Of a stretch of 64,000 bases of DNA, positions 39,291-52,407 are shown in pieces. The stretch covers positions 57,846,001 through 57,910,000 of the forward strand of contig NC_043005.1 of NCBI RefSeq assembly GCF_006345805.1, read 5' to 3'. This stretch comes from Octopus sinensis. Its lineage: Eukaryota. The notes under the pieces are model-generated. The model was not told the origin of the DNA and did not search any database. It saw only the letters and a program-made list of their open reading frames with translations. The position numbers were made by a program, and so were the translations under genes. Numbering within the stretch: position 1 is the stretch's first letter; every line of letters begins with the position of its first letter.

Positions 39291-40216
39291 CCGCGCCGGG
39301 GAAAACAATAATTGTTTTACAAACAATTCAAAAGAATAGTTCAACAAAAACAAACAAACTTTAACAACTCCTCCCCGACACAACAACGCAATCCAACCTA
39401 AAACACAAAAACCACTCCAACACAGCTAAACTTTCATGTAGATTTCGCCTCGTGACTTGCACGAACTGATTAGATTTTGGGATCGATCTGCTACCGGACA
39501 AGGATTCTGAATTGTTTTTCCTGTTTTTTTTTTGTTTTTTTTTACTTAATTTGTGTTGATCCATGTTTGAGACTGCAGTCCAGTGACTGAAACTAGTAAA
39601 AGATAAAAGATATATTTGTGTGCAACTACTGAAGATCAAGAATAGGATCTTTTCTAAAAGAAGGCCAGATTTTTCTAGTTAACTAAACAATTTGAAACTT
39701 CGTATACTGGTAGAATGTGTCAAAAGAAATCATAATTGTAAACCAAAATGAAAACGGAATTGTAATTTCTAAGTTTAACGTTGTTTAATAATTCGAATTT
39801 TAACCAATGGTATTCTTTGTTTCGACCTCATATCATTTACTGCCTCTCAAAATATTGTTACTGTGACGTAAACAGCTATTTTGTGACGTACTTAACGTAA
39901 ACATGTAAATAGCTAAAACGTAAACATCCGCTTATCGTAAACAGCTAAATTCGCTTGGCATCGTACACAGCTTTTTCAGTTCCCTAGAATTATATTTGAA
40001 ACAAAAGGAAAAGAAAAAGATTCATACGCATAAATATCCATCCTTAGACATCAGAAAGATTAGAAATGCAACAAAAATTTAAAGTACCGGATCTTTACCT
40101 TTTGACCTACAGATTTAAAAAATAATTTTTTTTAACTAAACACTTTCAAACTTCGTGGAGTATATATAAAATTTGTGTAGATCCTAAATAGCTACACACA
40201 CATGTATACAAACATA

Positions 40217-40255
<39 letters not shown>

Positions 40256-40265
40256 ATATATATAT

Positions 40266-40311
<46 letters not shown>

Positions 40312-40332
40312 TATATATATATATATTATATA

Positions 40333-40390
<58 letters not shown>

Positions 40391-42066
40391 CTATACACAC
40401 ATATTCTAATGCATATGCATATATGTGTATATATTTATAATGTGTGTGTATTATAGATGCATACATTATATATATATAAAAGATGTTTACATACAATATA
40501 TATATATGTTATATACATCTACATGTATATGTATGTATGAACATATAAGTACCACAGAATTTGAATCAAACTGTTTTGATCCATACATACACACACACAC
40601 ATACATACATACGTACATACATACATACATACATACATACATACATACATACATACATACATACATACATACATACATAATACATACATACATACACACA
40701 TACTAAAATTACATCGTTGGAGCAGTAATTTATTTATGTATTTTTTGTTATACAATTTATTTTTAAGCTGAATCCCTATCCTGCCATTAACCCCTTTCTT
40801 ATAAAATAGTTGAAGAATCTGGGGTGTAGGAATTGGGCCAGTATTGGAACTTTTAACTTCTTGCTCTCTATCTTATGATCTCCGAAATTTAAGAATCTTG
40901 TGTTAACTGGGCTCTTATTATTTACTCTGACTCTGCCACCACCTCAATGCAAAGACTATCAATATCAGAATCATCTTCACAACCACCACTGAGACATCCT
41001 AACATAATCAATGCCACTACTACTATCATCATCATCCACTGCCACCACCACCACCACCACCTCTACAAAAACACCAACACTATAATTGCTGCCATCATAC
41101 ACATCCACTGTCACCACTACACCACCACCACCACTGCCATGATAACCACATCTACCACAGCTGTCTGCTTACTTCTTACCCACGCTGTTTAAAATTTTCA
41201 CAAAATAGCCGTCACAGTAACACTATGCAGCTAATAATTTCAGATCAAAACAGACAATACGATTGGTTAAAATTCGCAGATTTAAACTACGTTTAAACTT
41301 ATAAAATACATTTTTCTCAAAAAAACTAGTTGAAATTAATGTTTTCTTTTGACACATTCCACCAGTATACGAAGTTTCAAATTATTTAGTTAACTAGAAA
41401 AATCTGGCCTTCTTTTAGAAAAGATCCCAAGAATATATTCGATCAACTGAGAGATGTAGACGAGACTATTAATTCTGGAAAAAATTCATGTTTAAAATAG
41501 TAAGAGTTTTAGAGTTATTCCATTTCAAATAAAGGTGTTCCTCCATATTGATGCTTTGTACAGAGAATGTTAAACGTTTCTAGGGTGGCAAGTTGGCAGA
41601 ATCATTAGCACTCTGGGCAAAATGCTTAACGGCATTTCGTCAGTATTTACGTTCTGGGTTCAAAATTCGCCGAAGTCGACTTTGCCTTTCGGAGTCGGTA
41701 AAACTTCAGTACTGGGGTTCGATGTAATCAACTTGCCCCTCCACCAAAATTGCTAGCCTTGTGCCCAAATTTGAAAGCAGTATTAAATGTTTTTTCATCT
41801 ACGAATAAAAATGGAATCTTTTTTTAAGATTGATCAGTTGTAATTATTGACATTTGTCAAAAATCTTTTTAAATTGAGCGAACCATTGAGCAAAAGGATT
41901 CAATAACTTATAATAGATGTCTTTTACTGCGAATCATGTTGTGAGAAGACACTTGATCCATACGAAACCACCATATCGATAACCGAATCAATATCAAGAA
42001 TTTTACTGCAGTATAATCACTAAGTGGATCTCTCGCTCAGAGATTTAAAACATGTTGTTTTTGTCG

Positions 42067-42098
<32 letters not shown>

Positions 42099-42335
42099 AT
42101 ATATATATATATAATATATATATATATAATAAATATTAGGGAATAAATCCAAACTTACAGGGAAAAATCAGATTTAGGATTGAATCCAATTTTATAGTAA
42201 AATATTATATTATATTAAATTAGAGACAAAACCACTATTAGGCAAATCAAACAATGAAAGACTTAAGCCAATACATATGATTAATTTATATTATTTAAAT
42301 ATGTAACAAGATTATCAAAAAATATAATTAATATC

Positions 42336-42398
42336 CCACTACGATCGTTTCCTGCCTGCAGTCTTCAAATTTTTGAGTCGCAGTCATTCATCAGGTGG
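42336..42398 (-). ncRNA. Hammerhead ribozyme motif, canonical core, imperfect long stem II
   Basis: Minus strand ccac CTGATGA atgactgc...gcaggcag GAAA C-GATC-G TA gtgg. Confidence 0.7.
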
Positions 42399-43753
42399 TT
42401 TAAATATTTTTCTTGGCGATGTTTATACAATATATATATATATATCAGTGGTTAATCGTTTACAAATTTAAATATTCAAATATCGGGGGAGAGGGTTTGG
42501 ATACCACAAAGCGAACTCATATTTTATTCTTTTCTCTGAGTTGAAAATTCGTGCTTAGACTCAATCATGATTCTCTTGAATTTGTCTCTAATCCCCCCAA
42601 AAGATCTGCCAAAGGTTACGTGTTCTAGGATACTGGAGTATATATAATTTTAGAATATTAATACCTAATATTCTTAAATTATATATACCTAAAATCATAT
42701 TTAATTAAACTATAACAACGCATCACAAAAACGAATATTATAAACTATTATAATAAAAACAATAAAACTAAATAGCCCATTTTATACTCAGATATAATTT
42801 AAATATATATATCATTAAGTACCTATTATTTTTTATGATATTTAAATAATATTTATATATTACACAAACACAAAAATCATATTTTTGTGTTTGTGTACAT
42901 ATATTATATAAAATCCGTTCTGTCTGATTGTGTGTGTGTCTTCTAGGATCTCGGGCATCCCCCATCCGATTGCGCTCAAATTTGATATGCAGATAGCGAT
43001 GGTATCAGGGCGTGTATAAGTCTTGAAAAAATTACAAAAATCGATTCCAGGCGAGAATGTGATGGATAAAGCAGTGGGAACGTGCATTTGTACGCGTAAG
43101 TACATCAGCTGTTGCGATCGATACTACGCGTACGCGAAAAAAATGCACGTGCAGTTTGCGCAAAAAAGCCTGCTGGCTTGAAATAATACCACAAAATGGG
43201 ACGGTCGGACGAGTTGTTTTGAAAAAACTTGGTTTAAATGTTTGACAACTCAGCACCGTCCATTGGACGAGGGGCGTTTTGCTCGTATATAACAGTCTCC
43301 GTCTACGAAATCCACTCACAAAACTTTGATCGCATCGAGGCTTAAGTAGAAGACACTTTCTCTAGGTGTTGCGCAGTAGTATTGGACTCGAAACTATGTG
43401 GCTGAGAAGCAAACTTCCCACCACACAATCACGATAACTTTTTTTTTTTCTATACCACCCTTCAAATGCTTTTTCTATTGCGTATTGTTAAGCAGCACTT
43501 GCAGTTTTTTATGTCTTGATACATTGGTGTCCATCCATCTCAACAAACCAGCAGCTATGTTTATGGGAGTGATTCTCTTTGAAATCATTAACCTATTTGA
43601 GTCTGGTGCTACGGACCACTCAGATGGAATTTCGAAAATTTTCCATCTTGTTTGTAAGTTACATTCAGTAATAGAGAAGTTGAATAAGAGCGTGTAAAAG
43701 TCTTGCGACTTATACTTAAATAACAGACTGTGGCATCATCTAAAATTATAAGG

Positions 43754-43848
<95 letters not shown>

Positions 43849-44168
43849 TAATAATAATAATACTAATACTACTACTAGAAATTGTATGACTCCTAGAATA
43901 TTGTTAATCTAAGATTTTTATTGTTGATCCATCACATAAATAAATTTCTAAGTGGCTTTTGAAACGGTTTTGTGGACTATTGGATAAGTAAAAGTTCTTT
44001 GAGATTGTGACTGTGTGGTAAGTAGCTTGCTTACCAACCACATGGTTCTGGGATCATTCCCACTGCGTGGCACCTTGGGCAAGTGTCTTCTACTATAGCT
44101 CGGGCCGACCAAAGCCTTGTGAATGGATTTGATCGACGGAAACTGAAAGAAACCCGTCGTATATATAT

Positions 44169-44211
<43 letters not shown>

Positions 44212-45269
44212 TATATGGATGTATGGATGTATGGATGTTTGTGTGTCTGTGTTGTCCCCCCAACATCGCATGACAACCAATGGTGGTGTGTTTACGTCCC
44301 CGTAACTTAGCGGTTCGCCAAAAGACACTGATAGAATAAGTATTAGGCTTCCAAAGAATAAATCCTGGGGTCGATTTGCTCGACTAAAGGCGGTGCTCAA
44401 GCATGGCCGCAGTCAAATGACTGAAACGAGTAAAAGAAAAAAAAATAACGTTATTCAATTTATCTTGAAGCGGGTGGTTTCCTTGCCTTTGTAGTGTAAA
44501 TCACACTTAATTCTATTTTAAACCCGTCACCATCAATTTTTTTACACGGTTTACATGCTTTTGGAAACATGGGGTGTTTCTGTTTAATATACGCATGTTT
44601 ATAACCACGAAATGTGCATTTAAGGAAATATCTTCATTCTAGTTACATGATAGATATCGACACTTTTAAGCTTTACTTCGCGAGAAATATCGATTCCGTT
44701 AAATCGCGATATCATTTCTCGTCGTTCCATGAAATTTAAAGATGCTTTCAGTGATATTTTGCCAATTTCAGATTTTCCAATATCCTTGTCTTATATAAGA
44801 TTTCAACAAATCTCATGTTTGATACTTTTGTCACCTTAACCAACTTTATGAAACATACATTATCGAGACCTTTCACGAAGACGATGGTAAAATTTTACAA
44901 GGGTCTCACAAGATACGTGACTTAGTAATATGAACCTGATTCGTTCGACAAAAACCAACTTCTTTCTTAAATTTTCCATTATTCATTATAATCTTCCGTA
45001 GCTCTATGAAACCCATGCTATCCACTTGTTTCAGATAAGCCATTAACGACACCTTCACTATAACTTGTTTGCTGGCTTTCAATAAAAATAACTCCATGAT
45101 CTCCTTTTGAAAACCCCATTCTTCCCTATCTTTTAATTTCTTGGTTCTTGGCCGTAAAAAAGTGTAGCGGACGCTTAGTGAAATTCTCTCTCTTTCTCTC
45201 CCTGACATATATAACATAAATACGGACGTAGCAGATAACAGCTACGTTTGGACCCTGTTGTGTCCACTG

Positions 45270-45400
45270 CTCTGATTGGTTGGTATTGGCTCTATTACGC
45301 GCCAATATGCAACCCAACCAATCGCAACCTTCTGATAAGGTCCCGTGACACAGTTTTTCTAAAGCTTCGTTTGAGCCCATAATTTGCTATAAAACTCAGC
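45270..45400 (+). promoter_or_regulatory. CCAAT-box cluster plus TATA-like box (possibly an LTR U3)
   Basis: attgg x2 (45275, 45285), ccaat x2 (45302, 45318), tataaaa 45388-45394. Confidence 0.3.
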
Positions 45401-46382
45401 GATTCATCGAGTCGAGCCTTTTTGGTTCTAGACCACTGACCACAGAGCACCCAGCCAGTTCCAGCGACAGACAACACTGGCAGTATTCCGGACCTCCACC
45501 TCCGTCGCCTTCATCTTAACGTCGCCTTCATCTTAACGACGCCAACAACTTCGCCCAGGTTTAACGTCTCACTGCTTGTGAATACTTCACCATGGTTAAC
45601 AGTAAGCTCAATCTGCATGAACCTTCTGTACCAAGTAACCCAGCAGCAGCATTGTAGCCACAACTGCTTATACGACATGTGCTTTCGACCGGCTCTGCTT
45701 TTTACACCTCAACATCTTGTTACAGAACTTCAACTATTGTGTACCTTACCACGAACTGGTATTTATCTTCATCTTGTGTCCGAACTTCTTCTAGCGTCCT
45801 GTTAGAGGCTTTTTCTATGCTCTGTATTTTATCTCACACGTATACACCCTTGTTTGTACACACATACACATTATGTATGTTTGACGGCCTGTCTATTATT
45901 GTTCTTATATATGTACTTATGACGCACACACAGACACACTCTACTAACACACATACACATTATGTATGCATGGCGGCCTGTCTATTATTATTATTATTAT
46001 TATATTATTATTATTATCATTATCATCATATATGTACACATGTGGTACACAGGGACACACAGTCTGCTAACATCTAAATAAACCTTTCTCTTAACATTCT
46101 ACGATCGTGTTGTCTTTCTTTTTCTTGCTGGCACTTACATTCATTTATCGCATTTTAGCTTTTATTGTAAGTGACCGTGCGGGCATTAAGGAGTCATTTA
46201 TTCGCCACCTGTCCTTTCGCACAGTCGTTTTACAAAAGTATCTTAATTATATCTCAATAAAGCCAGAATCAATGCACAAAATTTTGAATCTTGTCAAGGC
46301 TGGCGCTTGTTTTGAGGTCAGTAATTGACAAAGAAGTAACAAGAAATATTTCAGAATGGAACATTTAACACATATATATATA

Positions 46383-46939
46383 TGTGTGTGAGTCAAAAAA
46401 GTAATGCCATTTTGTTTAGGACGGGTATAATTACCTGCACATGAACATGTATCATACATCAAAATGAAGCTGGTCCTCTGTGGATCACATCCCTACTTCT
46501 CAACATATTCACCGTTTATCTCAATAGCCATGTTTCACCTTCGAATGAGAGCATGTATCCGTACCCCGTAAAATTCTGTTTACTGTTCTTTGAGCCACTT
46601 CTTCACTACAGTTTTCACTTCTTCGTCACTGGAATAATGTTTGCCTCTCAAACCCTCTTTCATGCGGCCGACGAGATGATAGCCCAGTGACGATGATAGT
46701 CCAGTGACGAGGAAGTGAAAACTGTAGTGACGAAGTGGTCCAAAGAACAGTCAACAGAATTTTACGGGGCAGGGATACACGCTCTCATTCGAAAGTGGAA
46801 CATTGCTAATGAGACTATGTAGAGAAGTAGGTGTGTGATCCACAGAGGACCAGCTTCATTTTGAGGTATGATACATGTTCCTGTGTTGGTAATTATACCT
46901 ATCCTAAATAAAATGGCATTACTTTTTTACTCACCCTCG
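46383..46939. mobile_element. Palindromic MITE made of two inverted mariner 3' ends
   Basis: ~260-bp arms, each with SDEEVKTVV..W..EQ...HALIR.W...YVEK* plus the TIR (tttt)actcaccctcgta. Confidence 0.85.
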
Positions 46940-46980
<41 letters not shown>

Positions 46981-47216
46981 AAACATAGTAAAAAGGTAAT
47001 AAAATAAACTATTATTCGGTAATAATAATTTATTTTATTACCTTTTTACTATGTTTACATATTTTTCGATAAATTTTGATCGTAGACCCTATACCAGAAA
47101 CCCCTCTGTTTGTCGGGTATGTTTTGCGTCTGCGCAATGGTCTTAAAAGTTAGAGAATGCAAGTCGCTAGAACCGCACGTTTCTAACGAAATGTACTTCT
47201 AGGATAACAAAGGCTG

Positions 47217-47290
47217 CTTACTGAAGAGTCTAGCCTTGGCAGATAAATTATATTTACTGCTAAAAAAAAAAGACGAAACTGCAGTATAAG
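47217..47290 (+). ncRNA. Type I hammerhead ribozyme with extended stem II
   Basis: ctta CTGAAGA GTCT...AGAC GAAA C-TGCA-G TA taag; stem I ctta/taag, palindromic ACTGCAGT stem III, GUA site. Confidence 0.8.
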
Positions 47291-47389
47291 ATGAGCCGAG
47301 TTTGTAAACGTTTTTGATTTTATTTCATTGAATTTATCCACTTTTTGTGGTCTAGTACTTGCTTCTTCTTTTAGAGGCCTTTTAATGTA

Positions 47390-47527
<138 letters not shown>

Positions 47528-47528
47528 G

Positions 47529-47599
<71 letters not shown>

Positions 47600-47601
47600 G
47601 T

Positions 47602-48225
47602 ATTCCTCTGGAGGACACTTGTCCTAAGCCACTTTGACTACTGTTCTCAGTTATGGTCACCATCCAGTGTCAAGTTGATCACAGAGCTCGAGGCGATCCA
47701 ACGTAGCTACACGAAGAAGATAGCCTCTATGCAGAATGTGAGCTACTGGGAAAGACTCAAGAGATTAAAACTATATTCCTTGGAGCGTAGGCGGGAAAGA
47801 TATGCCATAATATACATCTGGAAGATCCTGGAGGGACGTGTCCTAAACTTTGGCATCGAGAGTTACGCAAATGCCAGAACTGGGCGCCACTGCGTGGTGC
47901 CTAGGACTCCAAACTTGCCATCAAGATGTAGGACAAGATTCTGTGATAGCCTGGGCTTCCGAGGCCCACAGCTCTTCAATATCCTCCCGAAGAACCTGAG
48001 AGACCTGCATGGGGTAGATGCAGATGTCTTTAAAATGAAACTGGATCTCTTCCTGTCAGGTATCCCAGATGAACCAACTTCCCGGCAGGGCAGGAGGTGC
48101 ATCGAGATGCTAAATGGCAGTTGCTAAAAAGCTTTCGTGAAGTAAAACCAAGTAGCAACACCAAATGGCGGTGCCCCAGCATGGCCACAGCTCATAAGCT
48201 GAAACTAGAATCAATCAATCAATCA

Positions 48226-48229
<4 letters not shown>
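47602..48229 (+). mobile_element. CR1/L2-group LINE 3' end with (AATC)n tail, inserted in (TA)n
   Basis: [19 protein letters not shown]...LEAIQRSYTKKI...YWERLKRLKLYSLERRRERYAIIYIWKI...FKMKLDLFL..IPDEP. Confidence 0.88.
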
Positions 48230-48278
<49 letters not shown>

Positions 48279-48320
48279 TATATATATAATATGTATATGT
48301 ATATATATATATGTATATGT

Positions 48321-48367
<47 letters not shown>

Positions 48368-48390
48368 ATATATGTATAGTATTATATATA

Positions 48391-48441
<51 letters not shown>

Positions 48442-48447
<6 letters not shown>

Positions 48448-49116
48448 ATAGTTATCGCCATACTAATATGGCATTCTTATAAAAATAAGAAAAAAGCTGT
48501 CCGCTTATTAGCTCCATGAGGCCATCGCCTTAATTAGCTATTTGATACACAAACTGTATCCATATAACCTTCGAACAAGGAGGTCAGTCGCTCCACACTA
48601 CTTGACCGGCAGCTACAGACGCGTTTCGGGGTATTGCCCCTTTTCAATGCAGCGTAGCCAGCCAGTAGGTGTCGCTTCCGACAATCTCTGTTCGATGGTT
48701 ATTTACCTAGTTTCGGTGGAATACATCCACTTGTTTTCAATAATAGAAATATTAAAATAACTAAGTCTCTCTAAAAGAGAACAGCGGCAGCGTTCCGGAA
48801 AATAATAGTTATCGCCATACTAATATGGCATTCTTATAAAAATAAGAAAAAAGCTGTCCGCTTATTAGCTCCATGAGGCCATCGCCTTAAGTTAGCTATT
48901 TGATACACAAACTGTATCCATATAACCTTCGAAGGTTATATAGATACAGTTTGTGTATCAAATAGCTAACTTAAGGCGATGGCCTCATGGAGCTAATAAG
49001 CGGACAGCTTTTTTCTTATTTTTATAAGAACGCCATATTAGTATGGCGATAACTATTATTTTCCGGGAACGCTGCCGCTGTTCTCTTTTAGAGAGACTTA
49101 GTTATTTTAATATTTC

Positions 49117-49121
<5 letters not shown>
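48442..49121 (-). mobile_element. Penelope-type pLTR structure: partial tandem repeat plus loop-less palindrome
   Basis: 48442-48575 repeats at 48799-48933 (357-bp period); 48741-48930 and 48931-49121 are near-perfect inverted arms centred on TTCGAA; contains a hammerhead; (TA)n on both sides. Confidence 0.7.
48612..48653 (-). ncRNA. Minimal hammerhead ribozyme, U3-A8 core variant
   Basis: Minus strand gctgca TTGAAAA GGGG-caata-CCCC GAAA C-GC-G TC tgtagc; 6-bp stem I including one G-U pair. Confidence 0.75.
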
Positions 49122-49154
<33 letters not shown>

Positions 49155-49207
49155 TAATATATATATATTATATATATATATATAATATATTATATATAAT
49201 ATGTATA

Positions 49208-49256
<49 letters not shown>

Positions 49257-49277
49257 TATATATTATATATATATATA

Positions 49278-49648
49278 CGTCACTAAAGTGACTGAGTCAG
49301 CACCAATATTGCTAGAAATAAAAGTTAAAGCAACTCATAGCGACGAGAAACGCTTATGTTAATGATTGACAAGGGAGACAAGTTCCCTCAGCGTCCAGGC
49401 ATAGCTAGATCACAGCGATTTCACATTTTTATTAATGCTCGTCAGTGACTCTCACCTAGCGCCTTGAGTTAAACTCAACTCACCTTATCATCTTATAAAA
49501 TTATCGTAGTAATCATACGCTGATTTGCCTGGATGCCGAGGGAGCTTGCCTCCCTTGTCAGTCATTAAGATAAGTGTTTTCTCGTGGCTATGAGTTGCTT
49601 TAACTCTTATTTCTAACAATACTGGTACCTTCAGTCACTTTGGTGACG
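49278..49648. mobile_element. Inverted-repeat element inserted in (TA)n
   Basis: cgtcactaaagtgactga ... tcagtcactttggtgacg; arms ~120 bp, TA on both flanks. Confidence 0.75.
49409..49449 (-). ncRNA. Degenerate hammerhead motif
   Basis: Minus strand gtca CTGACGA GCATT-aataaa-AATGT GAAA tcgc TG tgat; the cleavage triplet is non-canonical. Confidence 0.45.
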
Positions 49649-49663
49649 TATATATTTCTACCT

Positions 49664-49866
49664 TTCGGTTGTAAAATTGCGAAAAAGCCACCCTTATTAT
49701 TTATAACTTTCACTTTTACCGTTTAAGAAATCAGCGGGTGATTTCTACGATAATCTTTATAAATTGACGAGGCGTGTTGAGTTTAACCAAAGGCGCTGAT
49801 TTCTTAAACGGTAAAAGTGAAAATTATAAATAATAAGGGTTGCTTATTCGCAATTTTACAACCGAA
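49664..49866. mobile_element. Second inverted-repeat element
   Basis: ttcggttgtaaaattgcgaa ... ttcgcaattttacaaccgaa; arms ~70 bp. Confidence 0.75.
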
Positions 49867-51381
49867 TTTTCTCGTCGTATAGAATTTGACGAATAGCCAC
49901 CCTTTTTATTTATTTATATTTAATGATATTTTATATAATATACTCACTGAAGAAATATCTCTTCAAAATACATTATATTAAACCAGTGTATCTTGGATTA
50001 AAAAAATTCCCATAAGAGGTCTAAATATCCTCATACTGACCGGGGCTGGCCAGACTGGAGCAATCTCAAGAATAATCAGCCGAAATTGCGAGGATAATCT
50101 GGTACTTGACTGAGGATAGAGGGCTTCGAATGACCCGCCCTTGTTTTCTTGGTATCGTCTATCTGGATGTTTTGTTGTCCCTTTTTGTATCACCTAGCTG
50201 TCCGGATGTTTTGCGTTCTTGTCCCATTTTATATTATATATATATATATATATATATATCGTGGCACTCCGTCAGTTACGACGACGAGGGTTCCAGTTGA
50301 GCCTGCTCATGAAGTTACGTGCAAGTGGCTGAGTACTCCACAGACACGTGTTCCTTTACCGTAGTTCTTATGGAGATTCAGCGTGACACAAAGTATGACA
50401 AGACTGGCCCTTTGAAATACAGGTACAACAGAAATAGTGAGAGAAACTTGTGATGAAAAAGTACAGCGGGTTTCACCATATGACATCTCGTAGCGTCTAC
50501 TTTTCCGGTCTGTGTTGCTAAAGAGGCGATAACCACCCTGAAATGCATGCATCCAGCAGTCTGGTTAGAATATGCTGTGAGCTGACTCGGTATATTTACA
50601 CCTATCTGTCTACAGCGAGAAATTTTCTTCGAAACAAAAAACAGAGAATGACTTTCTTGCGGGTTCGAATATGCTTGGTGTTATTTAAATCCCCATAACT
50701 TAGTGTTTCATCAAAAAGAGACTGATAGAATAAGTAACAGACTTACGATGAATACTGGAGTAGATTTGCAAAGCGGCGAGCAGGCAGAAACGTTTGCACG
50801 CAGGGTGAAATGCTTAGCTGTATTTCGTCTGCCGTTACGTTCTGGGTTCAAATTCCGCCGAGGTCGACTTTGCCTTTCATGCTTTCGGGGTTGATAAATT
50901 AAGTACCATTTATGCACTGCGGTCGATATAATCAACTTAATACCTTTGTCTGTCCCCTCTATGTTTAGCCCCTTACTCTTTTACTTGTTTCAGTCATGTG
51001 ACTGTGGCCATGTTGACGCACCGCCTTTAGTCGAGCAAATCAACCCTAGGACTTATTCTTTGTAAGCCTAGTACTTATTCTATCGATCTCTTTTGCCGAA
51101 CCGCTAAGTTACGGGGACATAAACACACCAGCATCGGTTGCCAAGCGATGTTGAGAGGATAAACACAGACACACAAACATATACACACACATACATATAT
51201 ATACATATATACGACGGGCTTCTTTCAGTTTCTGTCTACCAAATCCACTCACAAGGCTTTGGTCGGTCCGAGGCTATAGTAGAAGACACTTGCCCAAGGT
51301 GCCACGCAGTGGGACTGAACCCGGAACCGTGTGGGTTGTAAGCAAGCTACTTACCACACAGCCACTCCTACGCCTTTCATC

Positions 51382-51421
<40 letters not shown>

Positions 51422-51488
51422 ATAAAACGGTAAGATAACAAAAGAAAGAAAGAGACCTCAATATTATGTAAATAGAGGAAATTTATCT

Positions 51489-52407
51489 ATACAATAATAT
51501 GTTACATTACTCGGTAGTCAAGATATAACTCTGAGTTTCAGATGCCGAAGTGGAAATCCACAACACCATCTCTTCGGTTATCTGGCTATTTGAAAACGCT
51601 ATGAAAAAATACCGTTAAATAAAGGGAAATTACTGTGTTATAACTCTGCTTGCCTGCGTACTTATACATCGCTCGCATTTTTCGTCATAAAAATTATATA
51701 AAAATACATAAAAAATATATAAAAATATATAAATTCTTCTTGGAACATAACATAGAAAGCATGTTCTATCTGTTTTCTTTAGGGGACCAAAAACGTAACA
51801 GAAATTTAGTCACATGTGGGCATGATCCGAAAAGCTCTGTCCTTGTATTTAGACATGTAGTAGGAACAAAAGAAAAGCGACACAATTATCTAATCATATT
51901 TGGTCTTTAAGAGATAAAGGTGTCGATTATAACATACAATGGAAGATTTTGGCCAGATGTAAGCGCTATACCAACGGCAGCGGAAGGTGCAGTCTATGCG
52001 ACATGGAGAGATGGCTTATCTGGAAAAGCAGCTTAGACCCTACTACATGTCTAAATACAAGGACAGAGCTTTTCGGATCATGCCCACACGTGACTAAATT
52101 TCTGTTACGTTTTTGGTCCCCTAAAGAAAACAGATAGAACATGCTTTCTATGTTATGTCCCAAGAAGAATTTATATATTTTTATATATTTTTTATGTATT
52201 TTTATATAATTTTTATGACGAAAAATGCGAGCGATGTATAAGTACGCAGGCAAGCAGAGTTATAACACAGTAATTTCCCTTTATTTAACGGTATTTTTCC
52301 ATAGCGTTTTCAAATAGCCAGATAACCGAAGAGATGGTGTTGTGGATTTCCACTTCGGCATCTGAAACTCAGAGTTTTATCTTGACTACCGAGTAATGTA
52401 ACATATT

